Shown: piece after piece, positions 56,831 to 64,000 of the stretch
How the letters are laid out: each line of letters opens with the position of its first letter
How positions within the stretch are numbered: position 1 is the first letter of the stretch
Assembly: GCA_012295275.1 (NCBI GenBank)
Contig: CM022679.1
Location: 16,926,001-16,990,000 of the forward strand
DNA from: Chrysomallon squamiferum
Lineage: Eukaryota > Animalia > Mollusca
DNA: 64,000 nt
Direction of reading: 5' to 3'
Program-made: the position numbers and the translations under genes
Notes under the pieces: generated by a model
Database searches by the model: none
Told to the model about the DNA's origin: nothing
The model's input: the letters and a program-made list of their open reading frames with translations, nothing else

Positions 56831-59153
56831 AAGTCATTGCGAGCATTGCAGCTTTAAATACCCATCAGTCTGATTCTGGTGGATGCACGTGAAACTCGGG
56901 ATAAAACTGCGGTACTAAAACATGATATATCATTTTGTTGTTACCATCCAGTGATGAACAGTTTATGTTAGCGTGTAGTTAGTTCTGAAAGAATTGCTCT
57001 GCTTGGCAGTTTGGTTGTATTAGGGAATTGGTATTAGATATTTGTATGTCATATTTCAGCTGACGATGTATTTCTGTTAGACGATGTCACTGTGATAGTT
57101 CCACCAAATTTTGAAATTTTCTGTAGATGGTGAGTGCATTGTTTAAAGAAATAACATGAATTCTGTAAGGAAGATTTTTTCCCCCTCATTCCTTATAAAT
57201 CACACTTATAAAAAACAATAGATTGGCCTAACTACATTGAGGTAAATGCCTCATACCGAAATTGACGAATTTTTAAACTTTTTTTTAATACAAAGTTTTT
57301 ATTTTAAAATATATACATATTCTGATAGAAACGATATCAACTCGAATGAATGAGTTCAGTATTTACTGGAAAAGTAGATTTAATACTGCACACTGTCATG
57401 AGAATGTCATATAACATGATTTTTATATTTTATTTTATTAAAATCAAAAACTTTTTTTCAAGTTAAACTCTGATTAACATTATTATAAAATACAATAAAA
57501 TAAAATTACAAATTACAAAGTAATACAATAAATTCATTAATATTTAAAAAAATGATTTGTACCATTCAATTAATATTTTTAAAAAAAAGCATTTCTTCTT
57601 CTCCTATTTCATTTTAAAGAAGATGGAACAATGCTTTTAATTTATTTATATTTTAATTTTATAATTATTTGTTGTAATTTCTTAATAAACAGTTATACTC
57701 AAAATAAGAATATCTTTCTTTTGCTAGTTATTTTGTGGATTGAAGACAATCATCTGAAAGCTGTTAACAGAAAAATAGTATTTAGACAGGGAATGCAAGA
57801 AATGAAATGTGGAAGAAAAAAGACATTACCAAAACTTGTGACTTGAGATTCAGTGATACATTTCAGTATGGTCTCTGTAAGTGAACAAATGTATTTTTAT
57901 GTTGTATAATATTAGTAATGTTAGATTACAGTTGTGATGTAGCAGTTTTACTTCTTGTTTACTATTCTTTTCAGACCTCACAGTCACCAGTCCCCCAGTC
58001 ACAAGAATATTTTTTCAAGTGGGTTTTCATTTTGCTTAATTTTACTACATTAATTATTACTGATCTAAAGGAAGATTGTCAGTTAATGTACAGCTGACAA
58101 GTTACTAAAAGTTAATTTGTGAATTGGAGGAAGTTTTCTTTTAAATAGTGTTTTTTTAAAACCCACTGTTTGTTTTACTCAAGTCTAGCTATTCAGTTCC
58201 ACATTAATGAAAGGTCATGGTTTTTGCTGTTTTGATTGCAGTAAAATGTCATAGCAGATCAGTTACAACTGTTAATATCAAACAAGCAAACACATTCACT
58301 GTGAATATTGATGATTTTTTATTTTATATTTTAAAATATTTAAAATTTTATTTTATTTTATTTATTTATTTTTTTATAAACTATTTCATGATTATCTTAT
58401 TTATTATTTTAATTTTTCATCAGCTGTTTGCTTGTCTATTTTAATTCCGTGTCCTGGTATTTCAGTAAAGGGGCCCTATTGTTTTCCCAGAACATAGTTT
58501 GAAGTAGCTTGCTAAATATCCATAAATAATAATCCAGCTTCGTCTGGCTCTGCAGTAAATCTTTTTTAGCTTTCTTTATAATTTTTGGCATTGGTTATAG
58601 TTACTGTTAGAGTAGAACCATGAAATATGATAGGTCAAAGAACAGTATTCCTTTTAATGCAACAAATGTTTTATTTATTTTTTCTCCTTTGGCCAATACA
58701 CTCTGCTTTATATAAAACTGATATTTTTTTACAAGGATAAAAGATTATTTGCTACTAAATTGGAAGAGAAGCTCATGGAGAGAAAAAAGTAAAATAATAA
58801 AATAATTTGTTTTTGAAATTTAACAGTATTCAGAAACTATTATATGGCAGCTTTGTACAATACGTGAAAGTATCTTCATGTTTGTATAGCAGATTTGTAG
58901 AATACTTCTTAAATCATAAAGATTATAATATCTGCTTGATTAAAGTAATAAAATATCAAATATGACAGATACCTACTAGGTTTCAGGATTTCTAGCACCA
59001 AACATCAGGATTATCCAGTTTAATCACTGTAAAACATTGGTCATATGTCATTAGAAATAGGAATAATGAATTCAGTGGTGGATCCAGAAATAAAATAAAT
59101 GTGGTGGCTGGACTGGAATTGAGTAAACTTATTGGGAGTTTCGTTTCCCAAAG

Positions 59154-61420
59154 GGGTCATTTCATGTCAAATCACCCCCCCCCCCAAAAAAGAATTTAAA
59201 CCTGACCATCTCCGATTTTTATAAAATTTGGTATACTTGTAGACTGGTATCCCACAGCACCAAATCTGAAATTTTAGCCCAATCGGACCTGTCGTATGGG
59301 AGATATGGCCCACCGAATTTTTAGATTTTTGGCAAAAATGGGTGTGACCACCAACATTTGAACCCTCATATCTCAGGAACTACAGGGCCAATCTTCATAA
59401 AATTGGTATTGTTGAAAAGGCAATATGACAAGGATTCCAAATCTGCCATTTTTGTTCAGTTTGGAAAATACTGGGGGTACATTTACCTGTTGACCTTTGC
59501 TGTGACCTTGAAACTGACCGTGTGGATCACATGACCTTGAGATGACCTTTATTGAAATTTAATCTCCCACATGTTAACTAAAACATATAAAAGTTTCCTG
59601 GGTGTAATATTTTTTGTTTAGACATAATAGAGATTTAAAAACTGCATACCTGCATGGATGATTAATACATTGCATTACAATGTACATTTTCTCTGAGACC
59701 AAAAACTCATCTTTGGAGTTAAAACCCACCTGACATGTCTGAAGGAATGCCTGAAGGATATGAAAAGATGCCAAATGGCATGACATGTTCTACACAATCA
59801 GACTCAAAGGGTTAACAGGAAGTGATGCTTCAGGCGGGTCATGAACTCCTTTAGATCCCCTGGTGCAATCCCCATTGAGCACATGGCAGTTAGAAGTTTA
59901 AGACAAAGAAGTTTCTTCATCTGCATTTTTTTGACAATCAGAAGCTTTTTAAGTTGGACACAATGTCAGATGTTGATATGTAAGCATTATGGTTTCTTCA
60001 TAAAACCTATTAAGTCATTTTATCATGTCATGTGGCCTTGCCATTGGTTTTGAACAAGGTTTCAGTCAACAACAGTACAACCCAGTTTGAAATCAGATGT
60101 CATCAAGTGATGTACTGCATAACATATTTGTGCACCCAGTCTTCGGTACAGAGTATGAACAAGGTCTACCTTCACCTTAATAAACTGTGATTTATACTTT
60201 AGAAGATTGACATAAATGCCCAAGACTTGTGGGCCTTTGGCAATAACACATGTACTCTGCTGCCATTTTATAACCAGCTTAACTTTACTGAAAGGATTTC
60301 AGGATTTGATTTGATATTTAGGAAAGCACCAACTTTGTTCTATTGAATTGAAGGTGCAGGCCAATACTGAAAATCCTTATTTCTTCCAGGGCTAACTGCA
60401 GCTTTAACTCCCCTGAAAATGTGTTTTATCAACATCATCATATCAAAAAGGAGTTGTCGCAAAGTGTATGGAAAACTGAGGACATTGAACTCCTCACTCT
60501 TCAAAGTGGGATCAAAACATGGGACATCAAGAGTATCTGTTCACATCACAAATTTTCAACATTGCAGAAAAAGTGTTGTGACCCCCTTAATCACCATCCT
60601 AAGCAAGCATGCACTAGATCTTTAAGAATTGTTAGCATGGGTACTTACAAATGCTTAGTAAATCCTCCAAAGACACTAGTGCCAGGAGACAAGTTGTGCT
60701 GTGACTGTCTGATTAGCCTTCAGAAATCAAAGGTCCAAACCCCTGCAGAGGATGGCTTTAGTACGGGTTGTATTACAATGGGAGAATTTGATGACAACTT
60801 GCCAGACAAACTGCTGGTTGTTGTTTTCCCAGAAAAGGACTTTGATTTGAATTCTATCCTGTCAAGTTTAGGCGAAACTCCTGTTAAACTCCATTCACTA
60901 GCATGTTCCAGGAAACGAATGAAAGGACAGAAAAAAACTAGCATCAGCTACAGTAACATTAAAATGACATCTTGAAACAGTTTATGATATTCCGCTTCTT
61001 TCTTCCGAAAGTGACCTTGACTCATCAGAAAAATCGGATTTTCATTTATTCAGGAACATGTTGGAGGAGCTAAAAGAGAAATTCAAGAAGTCTGAATCCT
61101 ACCCAGAGCATGTGCAAATCTTGACTTTGTCACCCTTTACCATTGAAAGGACAATGAATGAATTTGAAACAACGAATTACCATATGAAAAAAAGCTGTGT
61201 GGTGAAGAAAGAGAAAATGATTCTATCCCTCTGTGATAAGAAACAAGGGAAAGTTCTGTCAAATGAATTGAAGGAGGAAATAATCCAATTTTATGAAAGT
61301 GATGAGAAAAGTAGAATATGTTCAGGAATGAAGGATACAGTGAGCATTTGAAACAAAGATGGTGAGAAGGTTAAGCATCAGAAACACCTAGTTCTCTCAA
61401 ATTTATGTGAACTTTATGCA
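59154..61420 (+). mobile_element. Sola2-like DNA transposon: left TIR and disrupted N-terminal half of the transposase (60421-60975, 61058-61420)
   Basis: TIR GGGTCATTTCATGTCAAATCACCC shared with the MITE at 21936; CCDPLNHH...LR...LVPGDKLCCDC; QILTLSP; FYESDEKSRICSGMKDTVSI; HQKHLVLSNLCELY (Sola2-type motifs from memory). No catalytic domain or right TIR in the window. Confidence 0.75.
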
Positions 61421-61542
61421 TACATGTAGGCCTACAATGTCTTACTCAATGATCAAGAAAGATGGTAATTCCTAGCATCCAGAATTGATCATTCAGGTTT
61501 TAGTTTAAAAATAACATGATGTAGTTCAATGCTTATATGCAG

Positions 61543-63415
61543 TAAGCAATGAACCAATGGGCACTGGTGCCGCAAAGACTTTTCTGTGATATGCACAGCC
61601 ATAGAACTTGGCGGAAAGCCAATAGCCATTAGAACAAATCCTCAACAGAGTCCATTATGGAAGTCTGGAGGTCCTCTGCCTCCTTTTAGATGAATGCAAG
61701 CTTATTATGGAGTGCAAAGTTTGCAGAGCTCTGTTCCAGGTTCTTCCACTCTTCAATGCATTCCAGGACTCACAGCCTACACTATTTGAAAGCAAACATC
61801 ACATGGAAGCAGTTGTTATACAGCCTGTGTTGGATGAATCTGTAGAAAAGCAACAATGAGCAGCAAATTCAAATGAAAAACAAAACACTGAGCAAAAACC
61901 AAAGATGGATGGAATCACTAGACTGGAAATGATAGTGACTGAAAAGATTTTTGCAAAATGCCTCAAAGAAAACAATATTGATATTAATGATAAAATTGAT
62001 ATTAATACTGATTTGAAGTTGTCTGGGGACTTGGGAAGAATTGTGATACCATTGAAGTCCACTGAGGCACCCACAATAAACATGGAAAATGAGACAATGC
62101 TGGATAGTCTTCTCAAGTGCTTGAAAAGCAGCAAGTTGCCTCTGCATCTCCTCCAGTCACTGAAAAGAAAATTCTGCCAGCAGACACTCCCCAGATTGTG
62201 AAGAAAGATAACTCTTCTTCAGAGATTCTCAGTAGTGTGCTCATCTCTGGAAAGACAAGAAGCATGAAGACAACAGATACAGATTGGTACTCAAGTAGTT
62301 CCTCAAATACCTACTGACAAACTTATATCATTACAGAATCAAGAGTTGATGTTTTCAGGCCAGTTTAAAGAACATTTTGGATTAACTTTGCAATTGGTTC
62401 AAGTGAAACTGAAAACCTAACGATTCTCAGATCTCTGATCAGGGAAGAGGTGGAACAAGCATTGAGAAGTTGGTGTCAAAACAGTCAGAAATCAAGGATG
62501 GCCACAGCAGTCCAGCTAGGAGACAAACCCTTACAACAAAGGCTCAAGCATTTGTAAATGAATATCAGACCAAAAAGAATGAAGGCAGGCAGAAGGAAGA
62601 ATATACAAGTGAAAATAAAGATGTTAAAGAGTCTGGTGAGAAAGATAAAAGTAATGCATTGGGACAACCAAATTTCTGAGTCACCTGTTAGAGTAAGACG
62701 ACAGGAACAAAAAGATAAGAGTGTTGTGAGTCTGACTTGGAAGTTACAGAACCTGACAATGTTCAGGAGACTGATTCTGCTTCGTCTGAAGGAACAAAAG
62801 ACATGAACGGTCATGGAAAGGTGTCTAATAAAGAGAGCAAACTGAAGGACATGAGTCTATTCACCTCATTTGCAGGCTCGAAACTGCTAATAAAACATTC
62901 TCGAGTTAATGCACAACAAACTCATTTGTTTTCTTGTCTTTTTTCCACTGGAAAATCAGATTCTGAAGCAGACAGCAAAATAGAAGAGGCAACAGTTGGC
63001 ATGAAAGATGTGAGAGTGGTATGTCGAGGACACTGAGTGTGTCAGAGAAGGCAGTTTGTGCCTATGTCAAATGGCAAAGCAGTTAAAAACTAAAGCTTGT
63101 CAGCAGTAACTAAAGATATGGGTTATTAAAATGACAGCTGTCTCATTGGCCAACGGCTTCCACAAAATAGACCCCACCCAAAACAGAAGAATAACAGTTC
63201 CAACTACCCAGTTGCCAAGAACAGAATGCTGTGTGGCGGGTCAAGCTCCAGGGATGCGTCCCCTGCCCCATTCATCTGGGTCAAGACTGGTGGCTATGAT
63301 GAGCATTCAGGATATGTTCGAGTTGATCAAACTAAAACCAAAACCAGAAGGGAAAAGTTTTGCAAGATCTAATAAGAATGACAAAAAACTAATGCCAAAT
63401 ATAGAGAATATCTGA
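61543..63415 (+). pseudogene. Decayed ZNF800-like zinc-finger gene fragment
   Basis: 61626 onward reads PLEQILNRVHYGSLEVLCLLLDECKLIMECKVCRALFQVLP, like ZNF800 [41 protein letters not shown]; premature TGA at 61857 with the frame continuing into ORF 61905; several frameshifted K/E/S-rich ORFs follow to 63415. Confidence 0.7.
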
Positions 63416-64000
63416 AGTGTTTGTAACTGAATACAAGACAGCACTTACCATACAGAGAAGAGTACGCATGCTGAATCAGGAAAATAAGAACATTTTCATT
63501 AAACTCAAATGAACAAGGACATGAACAAAGAATCTGAAAATAGCAGATATTAATAATGATTTTAGAGTACAAATTAACAAAATAATTATTTAATAATAAT
63601 GTCAAAATTATTAACACAGAAAATATAAATGAATGTTTTCAAATATTCTTTTTTTTAAGTTAAAGAAATAATTATTAATATAACTATATACAAGACATGA
63701 GACACAATATTCAGATGTACCCACAATTTATTTTACATATTAAAACATTCACGCAAGTTTTAATTTAATTGAACACTCATGGATTCAGATAAAAAATTCT
63801 ATTAGTATCCAAACATACATTTATTTTACATATTAAAATGTACTCATGTAAGTTTTAACATAATTGTACACATGGATTCACGTGTTTTAAATATTAAAAT
63901 GTATTCAAATATATTAAAACTTTTCTTAAATATTAAACAAATAATTTATGTAACTACATATGCACACACATACACCAACAAACACACATATAAAAACATA

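Noticed and set aside
63727-63900. Two diverged direct repeats of about 92 bp near the right edge
   Set aside because: AT-rich local duplication; not the Sola2 right TIR and no functional signal.

Overview
AT-rich, microsatellite-rich eukaryotic DNA with intron-containing genes, most likely from a gastropod mollusc (inferred from protein families and repeat types). There is nothing prokaryotic here: no CRISPR array, operon, rRNA or tRNA was found. Exons were reconstructed by hand from splice sites and phases. Genes from left to right: the 5' part of an SLC16/MCT transporter (-, runs off the left edge); a 5-6-exon DAZAP2-like proline-rich gene only partly captured by the ORF track (-); a complete 23-coding-exon SEC24C/D (-, about 1157 aa); FUT11/POFUT4-like (-, about 484 aa); a divergent MARCH1/8-type RING-CH ligase (+, about 254 aa); and a single-coding-exon two-TM orphan (+). 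Mobile DNA: Tigger/pogo-like and hAT-like MITEs, an internally deleted Tc1/mariner, an RNase H LINE remnant, and a Sola2-like element with a MITE derivative. The large Sola2-like copy is followed directly by a decayed ZNF800-like host-gene fragment. The most interesting leads are the SEC24C-FUT11 adjacency also seen in human, start-codon-overlapping uORFs in all three secretory-pathway neighbours, a candidate poison exon in SEC24C, an inverted SEC24C exon fragment 40 kb away that keeps its splice donor, and possible gene capture by Sola2. Homology calls come from motif recognition and memory; no database searches were run.
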